Notes: a model not told the origin generated them from the letters alone. DNA of 64,000 bases from Oscillospiraceae bacterium (GCA_015065455.1 SVQI01000009.1:1050-65049), one strand, 5' to 3'. Shown: positions 8,397 to 18,240, counted from the stretch's first letter. Made by a program: numbers and translations.

Positions 8397-9263
8397 ATGG
8401 AATTTTTTTCTCATTTAATCAGCGGAATCAGCCTCGGAAGTGTGTATGCAATTATCGCATTGGGTTACACGATGGTGTACGGCATTGCGAAAATGCTTAA
8501 CTTTGCACATGGTGATGTTATCATGGTGGGCGGGTATATATCCCTGCTCGCCATGACTTCATTAGGGCTTCCGACATGGGCTGCTATACTTCTCGCTATG
8601 GTCGTATGTACAATACTCGGTGTAATAATCGAAGGCTTGGCATATAAGCCCTTACGTTCGGCACCGTCTCTCGCCGTGCTTATTACAGCTATCGGCGTTT
8701 CATATTTTTTACAGAATGCAGCATTGCTCGTTTGGGGCGCAAACCCTAAGGCATATACACCTATCATAAAGGGTTCTGTCCCGCATCTTAATATTTCTTA
8801 CACGTCACTTCTCACAATTTGCGTATGTATCGTAATTATGATTGCTCTCACCTTGTTTACAAACAAGAGTAAGATGGGTAAGGCTATGAGAGCTTGTTCG
8901 GAAGACAAACCTGCCGCACAGCTTATGGGCATTAACGTAAACAGAACGATTTCTCTTACGTTTGCAATAGGTTCTGCATTGGCGGCGATTGCAGGTGTTC
9001 TTCTCTGCTCGTTCTCACCTGTTTTAGCCCCCACAACCGGTTCTATGCCCGGTATTAAAGCATTTACCGCAGCGGTATTTGGCGGTATCGGCTCTATCCC
9101 AGGCGCTTTCCTCGGCGGTATTTTTATTGGAATAATAGAATCACTTGCCAAGGCTTATATTTCTACACAGCTTGCGAACTCGGTTGTATTTGCAGTATTG
9201 ATCATCGTTTTGTTGGTACGTCCTGCCGGATTGCTCGGCAAATACGTTCCGGAAAAGGTATAA
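8397..9263 (+). CDS. livH: branched-chain amino-acid ABC transporter permease
   Basis: 288 aa polytopic protein with an LivH-type sequence (NFAHGD....GGY, GSIPGAFLGG). Confidence 0.92.
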   Translation: MEFFSHLISGISLGSVYAIIALGYTMVYGIAKMLNFAHGDVIMVGGYISLLAMTSLGLPTWAAILLAMVVCTILGVIIEGLAYKPLRSAPSLAVLITAIGVSYFLQNAALLVWGANPKAYTPIIKGSVPHLNISYTSLLTICVCIVIMIALTLFTNKSKMGKAMRACSEDKPAAQLMGINVNRTISLTFAIGSALAAIAGVLLCSFSPVLAPTTGSMPGIKAFTAAVFGGIGSIPGAFLGGIFIGIIESLAKAYISTQLANSVVFAVLIIVLLVRPAGLLGKYVPEKV

Positions 9264-9264
9264 G

Positions 9265-10350
9265 GTGAAAACGATGAAAAAAATAAACATTAAGAAAACA
9301 ACCAGAAGTGATTTTATAACATATATCGGCGTTATAATAGCTTTTGTGGTTATCAACACAATGCTTAACGGCGGTATGCTTACCCGTTCATTCTCGGGTA
9401 TGTTAGTTCCGATCTGCTGTTTCATCGTTATGGCAGTATCTCTTAACTTTACTGTAGGTATACTTGGCGAACTCAGCCTTGGACACGCAGGTTTTGTAAG
9501 TATCGGTGGTTTTTCCGGCGTTATAGCTTCACAGAGCCTTGCAACAGTAATTGAATCCGAGCCTGTAAGACTTTTAGTGGCACTCGTTATCGGAGCTTTG
9601 TGCGCAGCGTTTGCAGGCTTACTCGTAGGTATTCCCGTTCTCAGACTTCGCGGCGACTATCTTGCGATAGTAACTCTTGCATTCGGTGAAATTATAAAAG
9701 AACTGATTAAATGTCTTTACGTCGGTATTGACAAGAAGGGCGTTCGTTTTATATTTAACGCAACAGGTAAGCTCACTGCAGAAAATCTGAAGCTCGACGA
9801 AACCGGTGAAGTTATTATAAACGGTGCTCTCGGAGCAACCCGTACAGATACTATTTCAACATTCACTGCGGGCTTTATACTTATAATGATCACACTTATA
9901 ATCGTACTTAACCTTACAAGAAGCCGTTCCGGTAGAGCTATTATGGCTCTCCGCGATAACAGAATTGCGGCTGAATCTGTTGGTATAAACGTAACAAAGT
10001 ATAAGCTTATGGCATTTGTTACGTCTGCAGCATTGGCAGGCGCGGCAGGTGCTTTGTACGGACTTAACTTCTCGGGACTCGATTCATCAACGTTTGATAT
10101 TAATATGTCTATTGAAATATTGTTGATGGTTGTATTTGGCGGTCTTGGCAGTATTCGCGGTTCAATTATTGCGGCAGCAATTATTAAGCTTCTCCCCGAA
10201 ATGCTCAGATTCCTCGAAAGCTACCGTATGCTCATTTACGCTGTAATACTCATAATTGTTATGATTGCAACTAATAATCCCACAGCAAAAAATTTGATTG
10301 AAAAAATCATTCCCAAGAGAAAAAAGAAGGGGGCGGAAATAGATGAATAG
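9265..10350 (+). CDS. livM: branched-chain amino-acid ABC transporter permease
   Basis: 361 aa polytopic protein (LGHAGF, LRGDYLAIVTLAFGEI). The probable start is ATG 9274, after AAGGTGA. Confidence 0.9.
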   Translation: MKTMKKINIKKTTRSDFITYIGVIIAFVVINTMLNGGMLTRSFSGMLVPICCFIVMAVSLNFTVGILGELSLGHAGFVSIGGFSGVIASQSLATVIESEPVRLLVALVIGALCAAFAGLLVGIPVLRLRGDYLAIVTLAFGEIIKELIKCLYVGIDKKGVRFIFNATGKLTAENLKLDETGEVIINGALGATRTDTISTFTAGFILIMITLIIVLNLTRSRSGRAIMALRDNRIAAESVGINVTKYKLMAFVTSAALAGAAGALYGLNFSGLDSSTFDINMSIEILLMVVFGGLGSIRGSIIAAAIIKLLPEMLRFLESYRMLIYAVILIIVMIATNNPTAKNLIEKIIPKRKKKGAEIDE

Positions 10351-11194
10351 ATTCGCTAAAAGCAGAGACAAACTCGTACCCGTTCCGAGCGATGCGCTTA
10401 TCCCCCAGAGAGATATTGATAAATCTCCTATTCTCGAAGCAAGACATCTTGGAATTGAATTCGGCGGCCTTAAAGCCGTTGATGATTTTAACCTCACGAT
10501 AGGCAGAACGGAAATTGCAGGTCTTATCGGACCTAACGGTGCTGGTAAAACTACTGTATTCAACCTTCTTACAAAAGTATATCAGCCGACAAAGGGCACT
10601 ATACTTATTGATGGCATTGATACTCACGGAATGAACACCGTACAGGTAAGCAAAATAGGTGTTGCAAGAACATTCCAGAACATCAGACTTTTTAACAACC
10701 TTACTGTTGAAGAAAACGTTAAGCTCGGTATGCATAATCAGATCAAATACGGTATGGTCAGCGGTATTCTCCGCACACCTAACTATTGGAAGCAGGAAAG
10801 AATTGCTCACGAAAGAGCAATGGAGCTTCTCAGTATATTTGATATGGAATCTTTGGCAAACCATAAGGCTGGTTCACTTCCCTACGGCGCACAAAGACGT
10901 CTTGAAATTGTCAGAGCACTCGGAACAAATCCCGGTCTGTTACTCCTTGACGAGCCTGCGGCGGGTATGAACCCTTCTGAAACAGTTGAACTTATGGAAA
11001 ATATAATCAAGATTCGTGATACTTTTAAGATTGCAATAATGCTTATAGAACACGATATGAATCTCGTTATGGGTATATGCGAGGGTATATGCGTGCTTAA
11101 CTTCGGTAAAGTAATTGCAAAAGGAAGCCCCGAAGATATCCAGTCAAATCCTGTTGTTATCGAGGCTTATCTCGGTAAAAAGAAGGAGGGCTAA
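10343..11194 (+). CDS. livG: branched-chain amino-acid ABC transporter ATP-binding protein
   Basis: 283 aa. Walker A GPNGAGKTT, signature LPYGAQRRLE, Walker B LLLLDEPAAG. Overlaps the livM end by 8 nt. Confidence 0.93.
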   Translation: MNRFAKSRDKLVPVPSDALIPQRDIDKSPILEARHLGIEFGGLKAVDDFNLTIGRTEIAGLIGPNGAGKTTVFNLLTKVYQPTKGTILIDGIDTHGMNTVQVSKIGVARTFQNIRLFNNLTVEENVKLGMHNQIKYGMVSGILRTPNYWKQERIAHERAMELLSIFDMESLANHKAGSLPYGAQRRLEIVRALGTNPGLLLLDEPAAGMNPSETVELMENIIKIRDTFKIAIMLIEHDMNLVMGICEGICVLNFGKVIAKGSPEDIQSNPVVIEAYLGKKKEG

Positions 11195-11202
11195 ACTAAA
11201 AT

Positions 11203-11913
11203 ATGTCACAAATTCTTAAAGTTGATAACATAAACGTATATTACGGCGCTATACACGCTATAAAGGGCGTATCTCTTGAGGTAAACGAAGGAGAAATAGT
11301 AACACTTATCGGCTCGAACGGTGCTGGTAAATCAACAACACTTAAAGCTATTTCTAATTTGCTCCACACAAAAACAGGAAGCATTGAATTCAATGGCGAA
11401 AAGCTTACTCACATTCCGCCTCATAAGATAGTTGAAATGGGCTTAGCTCACGTACCCGAAGGCAGAAGAATATTTCTTCAGATGACCGTTCAGGAAAATC
11501 TCGATATGGGCGCGTATACACAAAGCGGAAAGTATTTTGACGAAGATCTTGAAAAGGTATATGAACAGTTCCCTCGTTTGAAAGAACGTAGAAAACAAAT
11601 TGCAGGAACACTCTCAGGCGGTGAACAGCAAATGTTGGCTATGGGCAGAGCGCTTATGAGCCGCCCTAAGCTTCTTATGCTTGACGAACCTTCAATGGGA
11701 CTTGCACCTATACTTGTTGAACAGATATTCGACATTATAAAGGACCTTCATAAGAAGGGTACAACAATACTTCTTGTTGAACAAAATGCACAGATGGCGC
11801 TTTCCGTTGCTGACAGAGCATATGTTATGGAAACAGGTAAAATTACTCTTTCGGGAACCGGAAAAGAGCTTGCTTCAAGTGATTCTGTAATCAAGGCATA
11901 TCTTGGCGGTTAA
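11203..11913 (+). CDS. livF: branched-chain amino-acid ABC transporter ATP-binding protein
   Basis: 236 aa. Walker A GSNGAGKST, signature LSGGEQQMLA, Walker B LLMLDEPS. Confidence 0.93.
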   Translation: MSQILKVDNINVYYGAIHAIKGVSLEVNEGEIVTLIGSNGAGKSTTLKAISNLLHTKTGSIEFNGEKLTHIPPHKIVEMGLAHVPEGRRIFLQMTVQENLDMGAYTQSGKYFDEDLEKVYEQFPRLKERRKQIAGTLSGGEQQMLAMGRALMSRPKLLMLDEPSMGLAPILVEQIFDIIKDLHKKGTTILLVEQNAQMALSVADRAYVMETGKITLSGTGKELASSDSVIKAYLGG

Positions 11914-11963
11914 TATCAGTTATATCCCTAATATAAGACCAACAAATTAAATGAGAAAAGAAA

Positions 11964-11998
11964 GCACCAAAGACTTTTTAAGTCTTTGGTGCTTTTTT
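11964..11998 (+). terminator. rho-independent terminator of the liv operon
   Basis: Hairpin gcaccaaagact-tttta-agtctttggtgc followed by TTTTTT. Confidence 0.85.
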
Positions 11999-12035
11999 GT
12001 AACAAAAATATAAAGTGTATATGTGAACAATAAAA

Positions 12036-12284
12036 GCAAGCTCTTTGCCTTGCTCTCTCGTCAGATGGAGCTAATAAATACACGATTTTGCGCGTAAAAA
12101 AGCACAAAAAATCAGGAGCTTCGCTCCCGAACCCTTGACCGAAGGCGCTTTTTAATAAAAGCCCCTTTGGAAGCCGCAAAAACTTTATAAAGATAATCAT
12201 TTATTTTTCTATATTATTTTTTCAAGAAAATATTTTATATGTGCATTTTTGAAAAAGCTCACTCTTGACTCCCCCAAAATTTCA
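12036..12284. repeat. mosaic hairpin repeat locus B (forward orientation, 3-prime modules only)
   Basis: Contains ctcgtcagatggagc, the hairpin caggagcttcgctcccgaaccc, the AT hairpin block tatattattttttcaag and cttgactcccccaaaa, all shared with the other loci. Confidence 0.85.
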
Positions 12285-12321
12285 AATAAAATAGCAGTTA
12301 TTATAAGTTGGTTTTTATAAC

Positions 12322-12354
12322 AAAAAACACCGCAGATTAAATAATCTGCGGTGT
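12322..12354 (-). terminator. rho-independent terminator (minus strand) after micro-ORF 1
   Basis: Hairpin acaccgcagatt-aaat-aatctgcggtgt with a T-run on the minus strand. Confidence 0.8.
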
Positions 12355-12382
12355 TCATATTTGCTATATTTCTAAAACCTTA

Positions 12383-12493
12383 TTATACATTATCCATAGG
12401 CATGGGCGGCATTTCGGGATCGCTCATTGTAATAATGTCTTTTTCTTCGAAGTTAATTACTTCTACTTTAGGTTCTTCAAAAATCATCTTCAT
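12383..12493 (-). CDS. conserved 36-aa micro-ORF downstream of the 1021-aa surface protein (not in the ORF track)
   Basis: AGGAGG sits 10 nt before the ATG. Translation MKMIFEEPKVEVINFEEKDIITMSDPEMPPMPMDNV. A paralogous copy lies at 15840..15950, with synonymous differences between the two. Confidence 0.6.
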   Translation of the reverse strand: MKMIFEEPKVEVINFEEKDIITMSDPEMPPMPMDNV

Positions 12494-12532
12494 GTTATCT
12501 ATTCCTCCTATCATATTATCGATAACAACATC

Positions 12533-15500
12533 TTACGCGATTGCGCTAGCTGCTGTAAAGTAATCGTACAAGGCATAAACAACATTCTTTGCTGTTTCAT
12601 AACCAGTCTGCTGTGATACTGTGTAAGCGTAGTTAAATACACTATAGTTTACAGTTACGTCGCCAACTGTTGTTACGATTGTCTTATCGAAGTCCTGAGG
12701 AAGAATGTCAGCTTCTTCAACATAGTATCCTAAATGGTTCTGTCCATCGAAGATTGTTGTGTCAGCACCGTCAGCTACTGTGAAGTAGTGTCTGATTGCA
12801 ACCTTGTCAAAGAGAACGATTGTTGAGTACTTATATGTGTAATCTGCTGATGCTCCGGGAACAACGCTTGCTCCTGTTGCATATGTTGCAAGTTCATTCT
12901 TTCTTTCAGCCTGAACAACTGTTGTGCTGTCGATCTTTCCGAAGTGCAACTGTGATAATTCACCATAGTTAAGAACTGCTTCTGCTATATCTGCATATTC
13001 AGGATTTTCTGTAGCCATCTGTTCAGCGTATGCTTCAAATGTTGTTGTGTATGTTCTTGTTTCAACACCATCTACAACAAGCTTAACGCTTACGTCAGTA
13101 GTCATTTCTGTTGCAAACAATTCAGCGCTAATCTTAACGATGTTGTTTGCATCAACCATAGCTGCAGTAACAACTGTTTCGTAAGTCTCATCACCTATTG
13201 TAAGAACATACTTAACTTTGCCTGCTGCAATAGCACTCTTTGTCAAGTCTGTTACTTTGTAATCGATGTTAAGAATTACATTGTTTTCAAGAGTACCGCT
13301 AACTACGTCAACTTCGCCGTAGGGGAATATTTCTACAACTTCATTTGCTGTAAATTCAGCATCGATCTTTGCAGGATCAATTGTTCCGTATGCATAGTAA
13401 ACAACCTTAGATGCGGGAGCTTCTGCAGATGTGTTACGTGTAGACTTGTATGTAATCTTGCCTACTGTACCACCCTGAAGGTTTATTGCCAAGTTACCGA
13501 TGCTGTCATAGTAACCTGCACCTGTAATAGCAATGATTTCGTCTACTGAACCACTCTTAACTGTGATAGAAACGTCGCCTTCAACGTATGAGTACTGTCT
13601 GTTCGCCTTAGGTGATACACCTGTTGCTTTAATCTTTTCAACATTAGCACCGTCGATAACGATTGTAGAATTACCGATAAGAGATGCACTCTTTGATGTG
13701 CTTACAGAGTGACCTGCACCTACGATATATCTCCAGCTACCTGCTTTAACTGTAATAACGGGATCTGCTTCGAGTTCTGCATCAAGACCGTTACGTGTTG
13801 TAGCAAAGATATTGGGGTATCTAGTACCTGCAACAGGAGAACCTGATGCATAGTTGTACGATGTTACGTTAACGTCATCTTCTACTGTAATGTTGTTTCC
13901 GTTAGCGTAGAATGAGAAGTTTGTAACGTACTGTTCACCTGAGTTGTTGCTGTTGTATCTGAACTCGATTGTGGTAGCATCAAATGTTGTGTCTCCACCG
14001 AGCCAGAGAGATGTTGAATCCCAAACGGAGTGATCCAAAACGAATGTTCCGCCTGTGATTTTTACTGCGCCTGTTTCAGGAAGCTTGAAGTCGCCTGCAT
14101 ACTTTCTTTCAAAAGCATCTGCGGCGTCAATAACCAATTCATCAACGATAACGATCTTACCGCCTTCAGCGCCGAGCTGTTCAAGTGCTCTGTACAAAGG
14201 ATGTGCTTTCGCAAGAGCATTGTTTGCAAATACCATCTTGCCTACGCTTACGTTTTCCTTCATCCAAGCAATAACGTCAGCGTATGCAGCATTTTCAAAC
14301 GTTGTACGTATTGTTGTACTACCGTTTGTAACTGTGTCGGTTACTGTACCGGGGCCCAAAGGACTTTCAGCAGAAGAACCGTCGCCTGTACCTGTTGAAG
14401 ATACGTAAATAACACCGGTTTCTATAATTTCATTAGCTGTAAATTCAGCTGCGATCTTTGCAAGGTCAATTGTTCCGTCTTTGTAGTAAATAACCTTAGA
14501 TGCGGGAGCTTCTGCAGATGTGTTACGTGTAGACTTGTATGTAATCTTGCCTACTGTACCACCCTGAAGGTTTATTGCCAAGTTACCGATGCTGTCATAG
14601 TAACCTGCACCTGTAATAGCAATGATTTCGTCTACTGAACCACTCTTAACTGTGATAGAAACGTCGCCTTCAACGTATGAGTACTGTCTGTTCGCCTTAG
14701 GTGATACACCTGTTGCTTTAATCTTTTCAACATTAGCACCGTCGATAACGATTGTAGAATTACCGATAAGAGATGCACTCTTTGATGTGCTTACAGAGTG
14801 ACCTGCACCTACGATATATCTCCAGCTACCTGCTTTAACTGTAATAACGGGATCTGCTTCGAGTTCTGCATCAAGACCGTTACGTGTTGTAGCAAAGATA
14901 TTGGGGTATCTAGTACCTGCAACAGGAGAACCTGATGCATAGTTGTACGATGTTACGTTAACGTCATCTTCTACTGTAATGTTGTTTCCGTTAGCGTAGA
15001 ATGAGAAGTTTGTAACGTACTGTTCACCTGAGTTGTTGCTGTTGTATCTGAACTCGATTGTGGTAGCATCAAATGTTGTGTCTCCACCGAGCCAGAGAGA
15101 TGTTGAATCCCAAACGGAGTGATCCAAAACGAATGTTCCACCTGTGATTGTTACTGCGCCTGTTTCAGGAAGCTTGAAGTCGCCTGCATACTTTCTTTCA
15201 AAAGCATCTGCTGCGTCGATAACCAATTCATCAACGATAACAATCCTACCGCCTTCAGCGCCGAGCTGTTCAAGCGCTCTGTACAAAGGATGTGCTTTCG
15301 CAAGAGCATTGTTTGCAAATACCATCTTGCCCACGCTTACGTTTTCCTTCATCCAAGCAATAACATCAGCGTATGCAGCATTTTCAAACGTTGTACGTGT
15401 TGTTGTACTACCGTTTGTAACTGTGTCGGTTACTGTACCGGGGCCCAAAGGACTCTGAGCAGAGGAACCGTCGCCTGTACCTGTTGATGATACGTAAATA

Positions 15501-15598
15501 ACATTTGTTTCATTAGCAGAAGCAAACATTACTGTACATGACACGATTACTGCAACGAGCAATAATGCAGGTACAAGAAATTTCATGAATTTTCTCAT
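12533..15598 (-). CDS. secreted repeat-containing surface protein, predicted beta-helix-like, with an internal 363-aa tandem duplication
   Basis: 1021 aa. Signal peptide MRKFMKFLVPALLLVAVIVSCTVMFASA. Two near-identical 363-aa modules plus a C-terminal domain of about 260 aa shared with 15989..18034. Confidence 0.85.
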   Translation of the reverse strand: MRKFMKFLVPALLLVAVIVSCTVMFASANETNVIYVSSTGTGDGSSAQSPLGPGTVTDTVTNGSTTTRTTFENAAYADVIAWMKENVSVGKMVFANNALAKAHPLYRALEQLGAEGGRIVIVDELVIDAADAFERKYAGDFKLPETGAVTITGGTFVLDHSVWDSTSLWLGGDTTFDATTIEFRYNSNNSGEQYVTNFSFYANGNNITVEDDVNVTSYNYASGSPVAGTRYPNIFATTRNGLDAELEADPVITVKAGSWRYIVGAGHSVSTSKSASLIGNSTIVIDGANVEKIKATGVSPKANRQYSYVEGDVSITVKSGSVDEIIAITGAGYYDSIGNLAINLQGGTVGKITYKSTRNTSAEAPASKVIYYKDGTIDLAKIAAEFTANEIIETGVIYVSSTGTGDGSSAESPLGPGTVTDTVTNGSTTIRTTFENAAYADVIAWMKENVSVGKMVFANNALAKAHPLYRALEQLGAEGGKIVIVDELVIDAADAFERKYAGDFKLPETGAVKITGGTFVLDHSVWDSTSLWLGGDTTFDATTIEFRYNSNNSGEQYVTNFSFYANGNNITVEDDVNVTSYNYASGSPVAGTRYPNIFATTRNGLDAELEADPVITVKAGSWRYIVGAGHSVSTSKSASLIGNSTIVIDGANVEKIKATGVSPKANRQYSYVEGDVSITVKSGSVDEIIAITGAGYYDSIGNLAINLQGGTVGKITYKSTRNTSAEAPASKVVYYAYGTIDPAKIDAEFTANEVVEIFPYGEVDVVSGTLENNVILNIDYKVTDLTKSAIAAGKVKYVLTIGDETYETVVTAAMVDANNIVKISAELFATEMTTDVSVKLVVDGVETRTYTTTFEAYAEQMATENPEYADIAEAVLNYGELSQLHFGKIDSTTVVQAERKNELATYATGASVVPGASADYTYKYSTIVLFDKVAIRHYFTVADGADTTIFDGQNHLGYYVEEADILPQDFDKTIVTTVGDVTVNYSVFNYAYTVSQQTGYETAKNVVYALYDYFTAASAIA
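13325..15502. repeat. in-frame tandem duplication, 2 x 1,089 bp
   Basis: Units are about 13325..14413 and 14414..15502. Long runs of DNA are identical at an offset of 1089 (for example 13403 vs 14492). The mirrored antisense track ORFs 14030..14398 and 15119..15487 also differ by exactly 1089. Confidence 0.95.
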
Positions 15599-15672
15599 AA
15601 ATTTTTCTCCTTATTTATATATTTTTATTTTGTGTATCCAAATATAGAAACACGTATATACGATACATATAT

Positions 15673-15701
15673 ATAATATCACACTGATACCTAATTGTCA
15701 A
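15673..15701 (-). promoter_or_regulatory. candidate promoter of 12533..15598
   Basis: On the minus strand: TTGACA, 17 nt, TG-a-TATTAT. Confidence 0.55.
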
Positions 15702-15780
15702 CAGCAAAATTAACATATTATTTCACATTTTTTTAATAGTTTTTCACAAACTAAGAAATATAGAACAAAAAGTTAAACTA

Positions 15781-15815
15781 AAAAAACACCGCAGCTTATT
15801 TAAATCTGTGGTGTT
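15781..15815 (-). terminator. rho-independent terminator after micro-ORF 2
   Basis: Hairpin caccgcag...ctgtggtg flanked by an A-run and a T-run, so it may act in both directions. Confidence 0.7.
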
Positions 15816-15839
15816 TTATTGTTTTGTTTTTTACCTTAT

Positions 15840-15950
15840 TATACAACATCTATTCCCATGGGCGGCATTTCAGGATCGCTCATTGTGATAATGTCTTTTT
15901 CTTCGAAGTTAATTACTTCTACTTTAGGTTCTTCAAAACTCATCTTCATC
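15840..15950 (-). CDS. conserved 36-aa micro-ORF downstream of the 681-aa surface protein (not in the ORF track)
   Basis: AGGAGG sits 10 nt before the ATG. Translation MKMSFEEPKVEVINFEEKDIITMSDPEMPPMGIDVV. Paralog of 12383..12493. Confidence 0.6.
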
Positions 15951-15988
15951 TCTTCTACTCCTCCTATCGTATTATCTATAACAACTTC

Positions 15989-18034
15989 TTACACAAGCGC
16001 GTCGGCTGCTTTATAATAATCATACAAAGCATAAACGATGTTCTTTGTAGTTGTAAACTTTTCCGATGTCTGTTGAGACACTAAATAAGCATAATTCATT
16101 ACGCTGTATTTTACTGTACATCCGTCAACCTCAACGGTCTGTGCATCAGCATATTCCTGAGGAAGAATATCGCTGATTTCGATATAATATCCTTTATCGT
16201 TATAACCGTCAAACATCGACGTATCCGCACCTTCTACTATACCGAAGTAATGTCTGATCGCGATCTTATCAAAAAGAACAAGTGACGAATAATTATACGT
16301 GTACTGTGTTGAAGCTCCACTGACAGATGCGCCTGTTTCGTACGCTGTAAGCTCGGTTTTTCTTTCAGGTTGATTTACCGTTGTGCTATTGATCGTTCCA
16401 AAGTGGAACTGTGACATTTGTCCATATTTAAGCACTGCCGCCGCTACTTCCGCATACTCAGGATTATCAAGTGCCATCTGCTCTGCGTACGCTTCAAACG
16501 TTGTTGTGTAAGTATCACATTCAACTTCACCAACATACAACGTACCGCTGACTTCAGCAGTCATTTCCGTACCGTAAAGAGTTGCCGGGAATCTGACGAC
16601 GTTATTTGCATCAATCATTTCTGCAGTAATTATATATTCCTCTTGAACTCTGTTACCAACCGCAAATGCATATTTAACAGTCTTTCCTGCCGCAATAGCA
16701 TCCTTTGTCGCCTGTGTAACTTTAAAATCAAGGTTAAGCTCAACGTTATTATTAAGTGTGCCGCTGACCATATCAACTTCACCGTAGATATTCTTTACGT
16801 TTACAGCTGTGAAGTTTCCACTGATCTCGGGAGCATTTTGAGCTTTTGTTACGTAGCACGTAACAACCGAAGACGTAGGTTCATATACACTTCCGTTTGT
16901 TGTGTTCTTGTAAACAATTTCACCGATCGTTGCAGTTTCGTGTGTGTTTATTGTCAACGTGCCGACAATACCTGCAGACGTTACTCCGTAAATTGAGCCG
17001 ATTGTACCGCCCGTAACGTTTACAGTTGCATTACCGTTAAGAATACTAAAATGTATAGGGTTCAGTTTTGAGCCTTGGTATGCAGAGGTTTTACCCGAGC
17101 ACCACAATTTTTCAATCGTACCGCCTGTAACGTTAATCGTTGCATTACCTCTGAGGTCTGCATCATAGGATGAACTACTAGAATATATACTATGTCCTGC
17201 CGCAGATACGTCAGTCCAATGTCCCGACTTAATGGTAATAATCGGATTTCCTGTTATTGCTGTATATTTAATTGACGTAGCATAGATAGAGGGGTATTCA
17301 TTACCCTCGACGCGATTTCCGGAAACGTAATCAAACGACGTTACGTCAACACCCTCGCCTATTGTAAGGTTGTGTCCGCCTGCAAGGAACGAAAAGTGAT
17401 GCGTCATAGTAGAACGGCTATAATTTGCATTATTACTAATGTGGATACCTGAATTATATCTGTTTTCTATGCCGATATTCTGAATTGTCGTATCACCGCT
17501 GAACTGAATATGAGTAGAGTTGTAAACAGTATGGTCCAAAATAAGCTTAGAATTTGCATTGTAACCTTCGATTACGATAGGTCCGGCAGAAGGAGTAATC
17601 ATCTTGCCTTCATATCCAATCTCGAAAGTAACAGCCGCATCAAGAGCGAGCTCGCCAACAACAACCACCTTACCACCTTCAGCTCCAAGCCGTTGAATAG
17701 CTTTATACAAAGGATGAGCTTTTGTGAGCGCGTTGTTTGCAAATTTAACAGTCGTAATCTTTCTTATATCATCACTCTTCAACCAGGTGATAACACTTTC
17801 GTACGATGCGTTGGAAAAACTCTTTGTTTTACTGGAATTGCTGGAATTCTTGTACGAAACAGAATCCGTCACCGTGCCAGGTCCCATAGGACTCTGAGCC
17901 GAAGAACCGTCGCCCGTACCGCTTTGCGATATGTAAATAACGTCAGTTTCAGCAGAAGCAAACATTACTGTGCATGACACAATCACTGCAATCAGCACCA
18001 AAGAAGGAATAAGAAACTTTATGAATTTTTTCAT
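15989..18034 (-). CDS. secreted surface protein, single-module paralog of 12533..15598
   Basis: 681 aa. Near-identical signal peptide (MKKFIKFLIPSLVLIAVIVSCTVMFASA). Shares the GDGSSAQSP motif, the HPLY.A...LGAEGG motif and a conserved C-terminal domain (TTTFEAYAEQMA..NPEYA, YALYDY). Confidence 0.85.
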   Translation of the reverse strand: MKKFIKFLIPSLVLIAVIVSCTVMFASAETDVIYISQSGTGDGSSAQSPMGPGTVTDSVSYKNSSNSSKTKSFSNASYESVITWLKSDDIRKITTVKFANNALTKAHPLYKAIQRLGAEGGKVVVVGELALDAAVTFEIGYEGKMITPSAGPIVIEGYNANSKLILDHTVYNSTHIQFSGDTTIQNIGIENRYNSGIHISNNANYSRSTMTHHFSFLAGGHNLTIGEGVDVTSFDYVSGNRVEGNEYPSIYATSIKYTAITGNPIITIKSGHWTDVSAAGHSIYSSSSSYDADLRGNATINVTGGTIEKLWCSGKTSAYQGSKLNPIHFSILNGNATVNVTGGTIGSIYGVTSAGIVGTLTINTHETATIGEIVYKNTTNGSVYEPTSSVVTCYVTKAQNAPEISGNFTAVNVKNIYGEVDMVSGTLNNNVELNLDFKVTQATKDAIAAGKTVKYAFAVGNRVQEEYIITAEMIDANNVVRFPATLYGTEMTAEVSGTLYVGEVECDTYTTTFEAYAEQMALDNPEYAEVAAAVLKYGQMSQFHFGTINSTTVNQPERKTELTAYETGASVSGASTQYTYNYSSLVLFDKIAIRHYFGIVEGADTSMFDGYNDKGYYIEISDILPQEYADAQTVEVDGCTVKYSVMNYAYLVSQQTSEKFTTTKNIVYALYDYYKAADALV

Positions 18035-18103
18035 ATTTTTCTCCTTACAAAATACTTTTCATATATCGCCAATATAGAAGCTTATACAAAGATATACACA
18101 TAT

Positions 18104-18132
18104 AATATAACACACTTATTTGCATTTATCAA
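18104..18132 (-). promoter_or_regulatory. candidate promoter of 15989..18034
   Basis: On the minus strand: TTGATA, 17 nt, TG-t-TATATT. The position is homologous to the promoter at 15673..15701. Confidence 0.5.
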
Positions 18133-18214
18133 CAATAATATTAAATATTCTTATACTTTTTAATATTTTTTAACATTCTACGCCCAACAGTGCGCAAAAA
18201 CTAAAAAAACAAAA

Positions 18215-18240
18215 AAGAAACTTTCTCGCGAAAGTTTCTT
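18215..18240 (-). terminator. terminator hairpin downstream of the PEP carboxykinase gene
   Basis: Hairpin aagaaactttc-tcgc-gaaagtttctt flanked by an A-run and a T-run. Confidence 0.8.
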
